This document shows, piece after piece, positions 48,648-60,708 of a stretch of 64,000 nucleotides of DNA. Location: positions 2,294,001 to 2,358,000 of the forward strand of contig OZ287067.1 in assembly GCA_965645245.1 (NCBI GenBank), read 5' to 3'. How positions within the stretch are numbered: the first letter of the stretch is position 1; each line of letters starts with the position of its first letter. The notes under the pieces are model-generated. The model did not search any database, had not been told where the DNA came from, and saw nothing but the letters and a program-made list of their open reading frames with translations. The translations under genes were made by a program, and so were the position numbers. Source of the stretch: Massalongia carnosa. Taxonomy: Eukaryota.

Positions 48648-50502
48648 ATGACAAAATCCGAATACAAAATGGATGATTCACCTGATACAGTTGGCTCATA
48701 TGTGGCACCAAGGAACATCTTTGCTGATAAAGGAAGAGACTTTATGCGAATCTTTACAACCAAGTATGGTTTATGCTCTCATATTTTAGGTCTGACAAGC
48801 TAATTTAATTTTGCGCAGACAAGGCCTCGTTGGGAACTACGACTATGCATTTCTATTCACACCCAACCTTCCCTTCATGAAAAAATCGAGGCGGGCTCCC
48901 CCATTTTTTGGCCTCGATGATCGTATGCCTGTTGTTTTGGCTCTCCTACTAGGCTTTCAGCACGCATTGTCCATGCTGGCTGGGGTCATTACGCCTCCTA
49001 TTATCATCGCAGGCTCAGGCGGAGCAAACCTTAGCGGAGACGACTCGCAGTATCTTGTCTCCACATCTTTGATTGTGTGCGGTATTTTATCCTCGATTCA
49101 GATTACAAGGTTTCACATCTTCAAATCTCCTTACTACATCGGCACAGGCCTGATCTCCGTAGTGGGCACTTCGTTCGCTATCATTCCCATTGCTACAGGC
49201 GCCTTCGCTCAAATGTACGCAACGGAGTTCTGCCCCACCGACGCCAATGGTCTAAAGCTACCATGTCCCCGTGGCTACGGAGCCATTCTCGGCACCGCCT
49301 GTTGCTGCGCTCTTCTTGAAATTGCACTTTCCTTCACCAAGCCTAGTCTGCTGAAGAAGATATTTCCCCCACTTGTCACCGGCCCTACAGTTATGCTCAT
49401 CGGTCTCTCGCTCATTAAAAGTGGATTTCAAGGCTGGGCGGGCGGCTCCGGTAGCCCGGGATGCATAGATCGTCCGACCAACGGACCATTCACGGTTTGC
49501 CCTATGGTCGGCGCTCCTCACGCGCTTCCTTGGGGAAGCGCTGAGTATATCGGCCTCGGGTTCTCTGTCTTCGCAACCATCATCATGTGCGAGCGCTTCG
49601 GCAGCCCAATCATGAAGTCCTGCGCCGTGGTGCTTGGCCTGCTGGTAGGCTGCATCATAGCTGGTGCGACAGGGTACTTCTCCTCCGCCAGTATCACCAC
49701 CGCGCCCGCCGTCTCCTTCATCTGGGTTCGAACGTTCCCGCTCAGCGTCTACGGCCCCATCGTCCTCCCCCTGCTAGCCGTCTACATCGTACTTATGATG
49801 GAAGCCATCGGCGATATTACAGCCACATGCGACGTCTCGCGCCTTCCTGTCTCCGGGCCCCTCTTCGACTCACGCATTCAAGGCGGCGTGCTAGCCGATG
49901 GCCTCAACGGTCTCCTCGCCGCCCTCGCCACCATCACACCCATGTCAACCTTCGCACAGAACAACGGAGTCATTGCTCTGACCCGGTGCGCCAACCGTGC
50001 GGCCGGCTACGCCGCTTGTGCCTTCCTGCTCCTCATGGGTGTCTTCGCCAAATTCGCCGCCGCGCTCGTGGCCATTCCAGCGCCCGTCTTAGGCGGCATG
50101 ACGACCTTTCTCTTCGCCGCGGTCGCGGCGTCGGGCCTGCGCATTATCGCCTCGGTGCAGTTCACGCGGCGCAATCGGTTCGTGCTGACGGCTGCGTTGG
50201 CGCTCGGGTTTGGCGCCACGCTCGTGCCGAACTGGTTCGGCTTCGTGTTTCCCGACGCGGGCGGGAATCGGGCCAAGCAGGGTTTCTTCAACGCCACTGT
50301 GCTAGTCATGGAGACGGGATTTGCGGTCACGGCGTTTGCGGCTATTTTCTTGAACTTGATGTTGGAGGAAGAGGTGGTGGAAGAGGAGGAGGAGGAGGAG
50401 GAGGGGGTTGAGACTACTAGGGCTAATGAAGCGGACGCTGTAGATGCTAGAGAAGAGTGGGCGGGCATGAGTCGGGGAGTGGGGAATGATGGAAAGGTTT
50501 GA
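48648..50502 (+). CDS. Uric acid/xanthine permease (NAT/NCS2 family, UapA/UapC-like), 2 exons (intron 48764-48818)
   Basis: LGFQHALSM, NAT signature FAQNNGVIALTRCANR, VLGGMTTFLF and many TM helices. Confidence 0.95.
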
Positions 50503-51424
50503 GAAAAGGGGGAGGGGGGTTATCACCAAAGCACATGAGAGTGAGGGAAGCGTAAAACGGACGTGTGGTTCCGATACGAGGGTTTAAGCCTGACAGCTTT
50601 ATTGAGTGTTGAGCGGGATTTTCCAAGCACGGTGTTAATCCATCAACTCGTCTTTCCCCGCCCATTTCTCCAAGCCTTCCGTCTGTCTTCCCCCGCTAGC
50701 CGGATGTCCATCATGCGTATCAACCTTCCATTTTATATTTTAATTTTTTTAAAGACGAAAAATCCGGCGAAACGATTAGTTTTCATCGATCCATCATTGA
50801 TTGATTGGATCTGTCGACTTGGTTTCCCTTTCTTTATCCGTGGAGACCGAGAAGAGGTACCTACAGTTCGAATATTTGGTTCATCACAAATGACGACTTG
50901 ACTTGCGAGGATGGACAAATGAATAAATATATCAACTCTCTACCTACTATCTCTTCTCTTATACTCTCCCACCCATCACTCCCTCCTCTAGCGAACGCTC
51001 ACCTTCATTCCTTCCTTCCTCCCTCACTATATATATATATACAGCATCTGTAATCTAATCGATCGCCCCATGTCCAACGTCCAGGACCCTTTCTAGGGCT
51101 AGGTAGGTAGGTACATCATTCATAAACACAGATAGATGACTAAAGACAGGTGAGGGAGGGGGGGGTGGATTTGTGGGCTTCGGGGGGTTGGGATGTGCGC
51201 TGCTGTTGATTAGATGGGGTGTTGTGGGAAAATGGGGAATGTTTTCGAGTGGCTAAATGCATGGGTTTTTGTCTACCAAGGTTCGGTTGGTTGACGGAGA
51301 GATTGAAACGAAACTTTGGAGAGGAGCGATTATATATCAATGATGCATACTCACCCCTTCCTCCCTTCCTTTCCAAGCATTCCATTCTCCCCAATCCCCT
51401 TTCCGAGCATTATGAAAACCCCCC

Positions 51425-52590
51425 TTACGGATACCCCCGAAACGTCTTCTCAACCGCCGAACTCCCAATTGAACCGCTCCGTCGCCTAAGCCCTCAGCCG
51501 GCTAAAATCCCGACACGTGTGGCGCGATCGGAATCAATGTAATTCTGGCCCAGGCTAGCCTAGTAGCGCGTGGGGACGGGCGTGATGTCGCCGTAACATT
51601 GGATCATCTACCGAGGATGAGCGATGAAGTGGTCTGGGGTTTCGGGAAACCTTCAGGATGGGATAGTTGTTTCTAAAAACAGAGGCTAGGGGTGCGAAAT
51701 GGAGAATGAGAGAAAAGAGTGACTGACCGCGATGTATGTCGTCTTGAGCGCCTTCATGCGGAGGATATACATCCGGATAGAATGACTGGCGAAGGTGGTT
51801 CTGGTGTTGAAACGCATGTTAGTTGGGCTTCTGGAGTGATGCTGACCCTCAGCACGATTCTGGGGCTGGCTTCTGGCTATATGGCGTTTCGACCTTACCA
51901 AAAAGTGGAGCGTGTGAAACATGTCAATTCTAGATTGGCCTATTTTTAGTAAAACGTTTTACCCTAGATCCTAAGGACCAAAGAGTAGAGTTATGTTTAC
52001 CCAGCCAGATACCCGCCCCATTGCTCGTCTTCGTAGTCGACATACTCAGGGCCCCAGGCATCAAAGACTTCTTTCTCGGTAAGAAGGAAATAACGCCCTA
52101 TGGTGAAGGTTCAGATATAGAAACATCCTAGAAACGATTTCAGCTGGCATGCTGTCAGTTTATCCCATGCCGTGTCAACCTCTGGACTTAGCTGCCCTAC
52201 ATATCGTGGTGTGCCTGGGTGCTGGGGGTGGTTTTCTTCTCCGTCGGCTGAAAACGACGGACTTCCACCGAATTGGATTTGATGGATGGATATCTCGGAA
52301 CGTGCAGCAGCTATGTAGAAAGATGCAATAGTCAGGGGACATCATTTTTGTGATGCTAGTTTTGGCATGGAATCTATACTTAGATCGATTAGAAAACCGG
52401 TCTCGAAGCTGCCCAAGCTTTTGCTTGACCTGGGATCGAGCGACAGAAACAGTGTCCAGCACGCAAAAACGATAGTCGAGATGATCCAGGACAGTCGAGA
52501 CATAGTAGCTCGATCATTTAATGCGTCGGTCGAGCCACCAAATTCTCCTTTCTCATCAGCTAGCTGCTCTTCAAGGTGGGAATATGTCAA
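51425..52590 (-). pseudogene. UstYa/DUF3328-family oxidase pseudogene 1, multi-exon
   Basis: Spliced by hand: TM WIISTIVFACWTLFL, GSFETGFLIDL|..RYVGQLSPEVDTAWDKL|RYFLLTEKE..WGGYLAG|IDMFHTLHFL|NHLRQSFYPDVY..IHR|DHFIAHPR*MIQCYGDITPVPTRY*..NYIDSDR/HTCRDF. Stops, a frameshift and no ATG at the apparent start. Confidence 0.85.
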
Positions 52591-53777
52591 AGAAGCGTGA
52601 TAGGTCTTTTATACCGAGCAGGCTCGTCAAAGACAGATATGTAGGAAAGCTTCTTTTACGCGCCGGAGAGAGCGCCAAATATCCACATCTCGCGGATTTG
52701 AAGCGCGCTGAAAAGAATAAACCCGCCACGGAAAGCAATGAGCTCTTTTATAACCCAACTTGGAATCGCTCGCAAGACAACAAACATGTCGCGGACAAAG
52801 CCTGAGCAGGGCATGGTCGCGAATAGGCGTCTGAGGTATGCCCGTTCTTTCGTCGTCTCCTAGCTTCGAAGCTAGTCTATATAGATATTGACACTTAGTA
52901 GTAAGTCCTGGTCGTCTGAAAGGCTTCTGGGATATCAGGGTATCGCCACGACCACAGCGAACCTTAAGAAATCCATGTGCCTCAATTTTTGAACTTTCAA
53001 TGCCAGACGGGTGAGATGTCGATCGTAGGATCCCGAAGCCAGCAGCCAGGACGGCGAATTTTAAGACTAGGCAATAGTAGTTTCAATGAACTGGGTCATG
53101 GCTATTGTTACTGTTTCATTCGCATGATAACCATGCTATTATCCGCTCTCCATGTTCTTAGGATCCTAAGTCGTACTGAACCATTGATCTTTTATGCACA
53201 CATCTTAACGCTATGAAACTAGTCGCACTCTAGGGCCGGCGCGTTGACCTGTACGACAAGTAATTAGCAGAGAGCTAGGAGGCTTATCAGAAATGTCACA
53301 TCACTTTTGGATGACGTTCAAGAGTCTTAAAAATTCCAAAAAGCCTTTGTTCTCGCCATTTCCACTATCCTTAACCTTTTCACCTTGGGAGATTACGAAC
53401 GTAGCGAGTTGACAAGGGATGAAGCCTACAAATCGTCATTGTACGAAAAGACTAGTGGAGCTTCATTAAAGACTGAAAGGAAAAAGCCCGAGAGGATATT
53501 CATTATGACCAACGTAATTACGCGCATCTAACTTTCTTGGACTAGTTAACTCGCTGTTGAAAAGAAAAGCCTTGCCAGACAGATGCGAACCTAGGCCTAA
53601 CCTCATAAGCCAGAAACCCTAAATACAGTAAGACGATTGACCGAGCCGTATGGCGGAGGAGGTTCAGATGTGGTGATGTTCAAATCGAGGAACTTCCATC
53701 ATTTGCTTTTAGCTAGTATCCCTTCATTCCACGGTAAAGTCCACAACATCCTGCTCAAGCGGGTCGCAATAAACATC

Positions 53778-54891
53778 ATGATCTCCTCTAGGCAGAGGCT
53801 ACCGTTCTGGCGGCATTACCTCTTATCAGCTAGGAAGCTCCCCGTCCAGAACACTGATCTAGAGAACCTGCTCTCAAAATCAATTATAATTTTCAAAAAG
53901 AGAGATCCGCAATCTCCCGGATTGTGGAAATCTCCCGGATTGTGGAAATCATTCCGCAACCAGAATCCAACAAAGATACTCTATCTGTATGCTAGTGCTC
54001 TTCATCATGATAGCAATGCTATCAAGATGGATATTCACGAACATTGGAACTCGCAAGTATCTCGGTAGATCCGTCCTTCCTCCGAGTAGGTCGGCCGGCG
54101 CTTGAAATCATCTAGGGGTAAAAGTACTGGTATTGTGGCGCGTCGCAGCAAGCCTCGAGAGTTTATCCTTAACGCAGACGATGTGTGCATGAAACCGGCT
54201 TTTCCTGCGTCTGATGCGGCTTGGTCATCTCTGCTACCGTCCGGGGACGGTTTTGGCGTTCTTGAAGACCCGGAACAGCTACGATCTCCCTCTAAGTCTG
54301 CTTCATGAGCATAAAAGGAATCTATATGGTATCGCTTGGACCCATTAATTCCAGCGTCCGGTAGGTTCAGCCTCCCATCGGGATAGTATCCGAAGCTCAG
54401 GTCACCCTAGCAAATGCTACGCTCAGGATTCTGAAAGCTCGAAACGAATAAAGCAAACCGGCTCCTACATAGCCAAGCGGCGATCTATTAAGGTGGACCT
54501 ATATCATCTTGCCCACTACCTTGCCTACCTGCGGCAAACGAATTTGTGCAACATGAACACCACGGTTGAATATCCAACAACTCACACGAAGATAATCTCA
54601 AGGACCACATCAGCGGATAGGACATATCTCACCGATGCAAGTGTGCGTAGTTGTCCATTCTCGCCTTGCGCAAATACTCCTCTGACCACAAACATCTACC
54701 AAGATTGGGACGTTACATATGAGCTTACAAAAGACCCTTCTCCCACTCAAGGTGTTGGGAAGGAGAAATCGTCTGTCTTGAATGACATAACCAATAGCGG
54801 GCGTATGGGTATCCCAATTTTATCCCATCAGCGTCATCAAACAGATGGCGAGTACACAATTAAGGGAGACCCGCGTGGTGGCACTACTTGA
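53778..54891 (+). pseudogene. UstYa/DUF3328-family oxidase pseudogene 2
   Basis: TM segment ICMLVLFIMIAML, SDAAWSSLLPSGDGF, YGIAWTH*FQRP (degenerate HQxHCL), HLAHYLAYLRQTNLCNMNTTVEYP, SG*DISHRCK, DWD. Several frameshifts and stops. Confidence 0.75.
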
Positions 54892-54925
54892 TAGAGCTGG
54901 TCTGTCTAGACCAGTCGGAGATGTA

Positions 54926-56290
54926 TCACTCAAATGATATGCAAGTCGGAGTCTTGTGCCACGTTATGTCTTCGTATCGCTCCATGTCAGGATTTACCCC
55001 TTGTGGGAGGCTTGATAAAATGTGGAGCCGGCCCAAAATAAATTGAATTACTGACTGTATGAGGGCCGAGGTAGGATGATCATCTTGACACTCTGTGTAA
55101 ACAGTGATAACGTTATCCCAATGTTTCTGCAAATTCAATGGCTGAAGTAGGATTAGATAATCATCGGTAGACCCCTCTATCCTTTAGGCCTATGGTTAGC
55201 TAAACGTCGAAAAGTATGCGACCCCTAAAAGAAGTGGAACCTACCGATAACCAATACGTAGTACTTTGTAAGTTACTTTATAAAACTGGCCGAAGCATCT
55301 AGAAATTCAAACTTTGCATTGTTGAGAAGGAGTTTGTTGATCCATGTGTATTGCAGTGGCAAGAAGGTTCAGGTTGTTGATGGCTTTCAAGCGCTTCCAT
55401 GATGTCCTCTTGCACGAATTATGGGTCAGCGACATCTGATCGAGCGGCGACGCCATAGAATCTGATTGCTTGGTTATGCTATACTTAAATACCCTTCAGG
55501 CCATCACTGCTAGGCATAGACGTGCGTTCTTTCCTGGAGATGCCGCCATTGAATGGAATCAACGATCCTTTACTCCGTACGGAATACTCTGTACTCTACA
55601 CATGAGCTCCTGGGCGATTCAGTCTGAAAACTTGGTGAGAATTCTCCTTGGGGAACTAGTGGCCCACGCCAGGTTCTTTGTCTTCTTCGTTCGCTAATTT
55701 GAGCCGAGGCGTTTGTGGCTTGAAACTGTTGGGAAGCACTAAAGATAATAGCGTTGTAGAGACTTTGTACTGTCGTCGATCTCCCGTCCCACGATTTCCG
55801 AGTAATAGGTATTGAAGTGTGCAGTGAATGCTGCAGGGTTTGAGGTTCTTCGTACTTCGTATTTTGCGGAGCATCGTGAATTTGTTGAACTTCGACGTAG
55901 GTTATTAGCTCCATCCCCGCGGACGATGATGAAGCACCGCTATGCTCGGTCTTTTGTATCATTCCAAACTCTTTCCGGAACAATCCGTTCGCGGGAGTTG
56001 TCATGCTGAGTGAGATGCATGAGGAATTACATAAGACCCCTCATTGGAGGATTGAAGAGGAAGAGGAATGCAGGTACCACGCAGGGATAAGGCTTGTCCA
56101 ATAAAACTATCGAATTTATTCCTATCCCGGTAGAAGATTTGTTGGGCCAATCCCAATAAGGTCCACATAAACCCCAACGGATTTTATGCTTCAACAAAAC
56201 ATCATCCTGATGCTGCAAAAAGCTGCTTTCAAGGTACTCTGTAGACCCACGGCTGGAGAACATTGATATCAATGGCAACTTCCAGGCAGC
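54926..56290 (-). pseudogene. Unidentified decayed gene
   Basis: Protein-like segments broken by stops and shifts (EVAIDINVLQPWVYRVP*KQLF; NPLGFMWTLLGLAQQIFYRD; YEVRRTSNPAAFTAHFNTYYSEIVG; IPFNGGISRKE|FYGVAARSDVADP*FVQEDIMEAL; HILSSLPQGVNPDMERYEDITWH). Family not recognised. Confidence 0.45.
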
Positions 56291-56552
56291 AGATAGACGC
56301 TTAAGCTTTCCTCATCCTCCTCCACTCTTTTGACCTCGTCCTAGAAACCATAGATCTTCTCGACCCTTTATATCGCGCACAAATCGGCAAAATTTCCGCC
56401 CCGCCTGGTGGTTTGGTCTAGCTCTAGCGCATCTAAACCGCTCTTCATATTCGAGCTCACTCTCACCTCTTATCTCTTCCATCTTCCTCCATCAACCTTC
56501 GTCCGCTCATTCACCTATCTTCTCTCCTCTCATACGATTTACTCAGCAAGCC

Positions 56553-58050
56553 ATGCCCTCACACCAACCTGCTGCTGGGTACCTGGCCGTGCAGCCCCAG
56601 TTTCTCTCCTCACAGCCTTCACCGTTGGCTAAAACCTCGGAGCCAAACCGAAGCAGATCCTATGACCCAAAGAAGCCCCATATAACCGAGTCTCCCATCA
56701 CCAGGTCAAATTGGTACAAGCATGTTAACTGGCTTAATGTATATCTCATTGTGGGAATTCCTTTGTATGGGTGTGTCCAGGCTTTCTGGGTGCCATTGCA
56801 CTGGAGAACCGCTTTGTTTGCTGTAGTCTACTATTTCATGACCGGTTTGGGGATCACAGCAGGTAATTTGCACGGTTTTTACTTGCCCTTATCAACCGCT
56901 AACTCTCTTTCAAGGTTATCATCGACTATGGGCCCATACATCTTACTCTGCGACTTTCCCTCTTCGAGTCTTTTTGGCTGCCATGGGTGGTGGAGCCGTA
57001 GAAGGATCGGTGAGATGGTGGGCTAGAGACCATCGAGCCCATCATCGTTATACCGACACCGAAAAAGATCCCTATTCCGTCCGCAAGGGTCTTTTGTACT
57101 CCCATTTCGGCTGGATGTTGATGAAGCAGAACCCAAAGCGAATCGGCCGAACCGATATCTCGGATCTAAACGAGGATCCGGTTGTCGTGTGGCAGCATCG
57201 AAATTACCTTAAGGTTGTCTTGTTCATGGGCCTCATCTTTCCAAGTGTGATCTGTGGGCTCGCTTGGGGTGACTGGTTTGGCGGCTTAATCTATGGAGGA
57301 ATTCTGCGTATATTCTTTGTTCAGCAAGCTACTTTCTGCGTCAATTCTCTTGCACATTGGCTGGGAGATCAGCCATTCGATGACCGCAACTCCCCCCGTG
57401 ATCATATTATTACAGCTCTTGTCACTCTTGGGGAGGGCTATCATAATTTTCATCACGAATTCCCCTCAGACTACCGTAACGCCATCGAATGGCATCAATA
57501 TGATCCAACCAAATGGGCTATCTGCATTTGGAAGCAACTTGGACTTGCTTTTGACCTCAAGCAATTCAAGCAGAATGAGATCGAAAAAGGCCGTGTCCAA
57601 CAAATGCAGAAAAAGCTTGACCAGAAGCGTTCGAAGCTGGACTGGGGTGTTCCTCTTGATAGTCTTCCTGTTATAGAATGGGAAGATTTTCAAGACCAAG
57701 CCAAGAACGGCCGAGGGCTTGTTGCTGTGGCTGGTGTTGTGCACGATGTCACTGAATTCATCAAATCGCATCCTGGGGGAAAAGCTATGATCAACTCTGG
57801 CATCGGGAAGGATGCTACCGCAATGTTCAATGGTGGCGTCTATATGCACTCCAATGCTGCTCACAATCTGCTTTCGACGATGCGAGTAGGCGTTATCCGA
57901 GGGGGTTGTGAGGTAGAGATCTGGAAGCGAGCGCAAAAGGAGAACAAGGACATTCAGTACGCCAAAGACGACCAGGGACAGCGAATCATCAGAGCCGGCA
58001 ACCAAGTTACAAAGATTTCTGAGCCTGTCGCCACCGCTGGAGCCGCATAG
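56553..58050 (+). CDS. ole1: Delta-9 acyl-CoA desaturase with C-terminal cytochrome b5, 2 exons (intron 56863-56914)
   Basis: His boxes [14 protein letters not shown] and YHNFHH; b5 motif HPGG. Confidence 0.97.
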
Positions 58051-58841
58051 ACCAGGATATAGTCTATTTTAATAAAGCTACGACGTTATGATGACTCCCA
58101 ACATAGGGTTGGCTTTGACCGCCTTTGTCTGACCGCATTGTATGGCGCTAGGAGTATTCTAGGATTACCAATCGGGAGGATGGTATCGTGGGTGGCATTC
58201 TCATTTCATTGGTCATTAGATCGCGCAGAATTGTACATAAATTAATCCTTTGCTTTCACGGTTTGAAATTCCTATCAGCGACATAGATTGGAGGGGCTTC
58301 GGGGTTTTCCTCTCTTAGCCAACGGCCTTAAGCGCTGCAGATAGAAAATTAGAAAATAGGATAATTTTTCTCGGGCGTCTCCTAGCTATCTATGTAGCTT
58401 CTATTGGATCAGATCATTCCGTTGTGCTAGAAAATAAACGATCTTCCGAGAGGTTTCCTTGAGATTTTCACCTAAAAATATAGACTACTTCATCTTAACG
58501 TTTTGGCGTTGGTAGTACTAACATCGATTCGAAGTTACCCGGGTAGGTGGATCATCTTGTTGCTGTTTGGGAAGGGGAAGTTGAAACTGTGGAGAGTTTT
58601 CTGAGTTTTTTGTTAAAGGAAAATTTTCTCAAAGGGCTCCTGGAGGAAGGGTTGAAGAACCGTGGAAGACACTGGGGTGTGCATGACAATAATGATAGGA
58701 GTACGTGCCTGAAGCGGGTATATTCTGTGGATTGAAGGATTGGCAGGAGTACAAGGTTGTAAAGTAGATTGCCTGGATTAACGCCAACCTCTTACCCCCA
58801 TCCCAAACGGTGGGGATCCTTCAATGCAGAAAAACAGAAAA

Positions 58842-60365
58842 TTAGCTGTGTGGATCTGTTTCGCCTGCTCTCGGCTCCTTGAGAGCGAATTGTAGACTTT
58901 CCTCCACCGGTAGTCCTGCCAAGCCCCGGCCAATCAGCACCAATTTCCCCCGCTGCGTGTCGTCGCCATGTCCCTCCACGTCCACGATCTCAAACACGTC
59001 ACGGACGCCTTGGATCATTTTGGTGGCACCACCGGTTGTCATGACGCGGCCTTTGAGTCTGTGGATTGAAGGGTTGAGTAAGGATGAGGATGTTGGTGGA
59101 AGATTGAATCCCGCAGAGGAGTAAAGCAGTGGAATCGGAAGGGTGGATTCCCATAGAAGGGAGCGGAGCCAGGATTCAAGATTTGACAGCAGGGGTGGGG
59201 AGAGTAAGGGGATGGTGATGGAAATGGTTGAAATGGTCTTTTGAATGTAAAACCTTAGCTCTGAACTTCTGAGAGTGGGATATTGAGGAAAGGGAAAGCA
59301 CTTACAGGATCAAGATGGCTATGCCCCTTACTGACTGTTTCCAAACCGTCCATTCCGTCGTAGGCATGCAGGTCAAGCAAAAACCCCTCAAGGCAGGGTA
59401 CCCGCCCATATTCTGTAATATGAACTTTTGCCAGGCCGTTAATTGCGCACACCCTCGCAGTCACATCCTCCAATTGCTCTGCGGTCACGGAGTCGCTTTT
59501 GTTGATGACAATGACGTCAGCGTGAGAGATTTGCACGTGAGCGGTGGTCATCTGAGGGATTGCCCCTTCTTCGTGAATATTATCTGCAAACTCTATGGGG
59601 TTTTCATTGAGGCTAAGCAGGATGTTCTTAGCATCGACCAGCGTGACAATACCGTCGAGGTATAAGGAGCTTCCAAGGCCCTCGTCAACCCAGAATAAGG
59701 GGGCTAGGTTTCCAGGGTCAGCGAGGCCACTCGTTTCAAGTATTATGTAGTCAAAAGTCCCGCGGCGGGAAATAAGAGATTCAATGGCTGCAACGCCGGA
59801 GTCTCTGCTGATGCATCAACAGGAGATAATATAGGCTAGCTGGTATGTCTAAAGTGTTTCCAGGCTGGGATAGACGTACTTGATTGAACAGCAGATGCAG
59901 CCGTTGGCTAGTTCAAGCCATTCTTCAACTTGCTGGCCATCTTGACTTACTGTAAGGGATTTTTCGATGTCGGCGGCTGGATTAGGTTAGATCAACCCTT
60001 GGCCATTGCTTTCTCCATCAAAAGCTTACAATCACCGAATTCTAGGGAAACTATTAGCACATAATGTAAATATATTGATACTAAGAGTATACAAGCCGTT
60101 CAGAATGACCGCTATCTTCTTTCCATGCTGATCGTTTAAAATATAGTTTACCAGCGTGGTTTTTCCCGCTCCAAGGTAGCCTATGCATGAATAAGTGTTA
60201 TCGAACAGCAAGCTTTATATTTGCTAAGTGTAGAAGACCTGTAATAATAGTCAAAGGAACCTTTGGAAATTCTACATCCTGAAGGCTTGTCGTCTTAGAG
60301 CTGAAAGCTTGTTCATCTTCTTTTGTCTCTCCTGAGCGCACCAGACGTGGGATATGTTCTTCCAT
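58842..60365 (-). CDS. CobW/COG0523 family GTPase (Zng1-like metallochaperone), multi-exon
   Basis: [54 protein letters not shown] and Cob[23 protein letters not shown]. Confidence 0.93.
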
Positions 60366-60708
60366 CCCTCTAAGGGTTCACTGGACCATGTCAGGGAGAA
60401 GGAGGAGTTTCCGAGCCCTACCACCTTTCAGATCAGCGCGATCGGAAAGCTCAACGTCGAAAAAGCAGAATGAACGTGTACAAGCCGGAAAACTATACTG
60501 GGCACTACCGACTGGCTATCGGAGCTCGCGGGTGTCGCAAAGCCCGCTTGATACTGCCGCCGTTGCCGCATCCCAGGTAGATATCTTTAGCGAGCATCAA
60601 ATTGACAACGCTGTCGCAAGTAGTGATTGTTTAAGCTACTCTAGTTCAAATCTAGCAAATCTGCAACGCCTCCTTTTTGCCTCTTCTCCGCACCCTTCTA
60701 CAAAAAAT

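Noticed and set aside
49587..50468. Long overlapping ORFs in the GC-rich 3' half of the permease (similar ones in creA and cdc73)
   Set aside because: Shadow frames caused by high third-position GC.
53905..53950. 18-bp tandem duplication giving KKRDPQSPGLWKSPGLWKS, considered as a RiPP core repeat
   Set aside because: Only two units, not separated by Kex2 sites, no signal peptide, and within the N-terminal region of UstYa pseudogene 2.
60388..60708. 107-codon in-frame upstream extension of mob-3
   Set aside because: It would start 23 bp from the divergent CobW start, leaving no promoter. Recognisable Mob3 sequence begins at ATG 60709.
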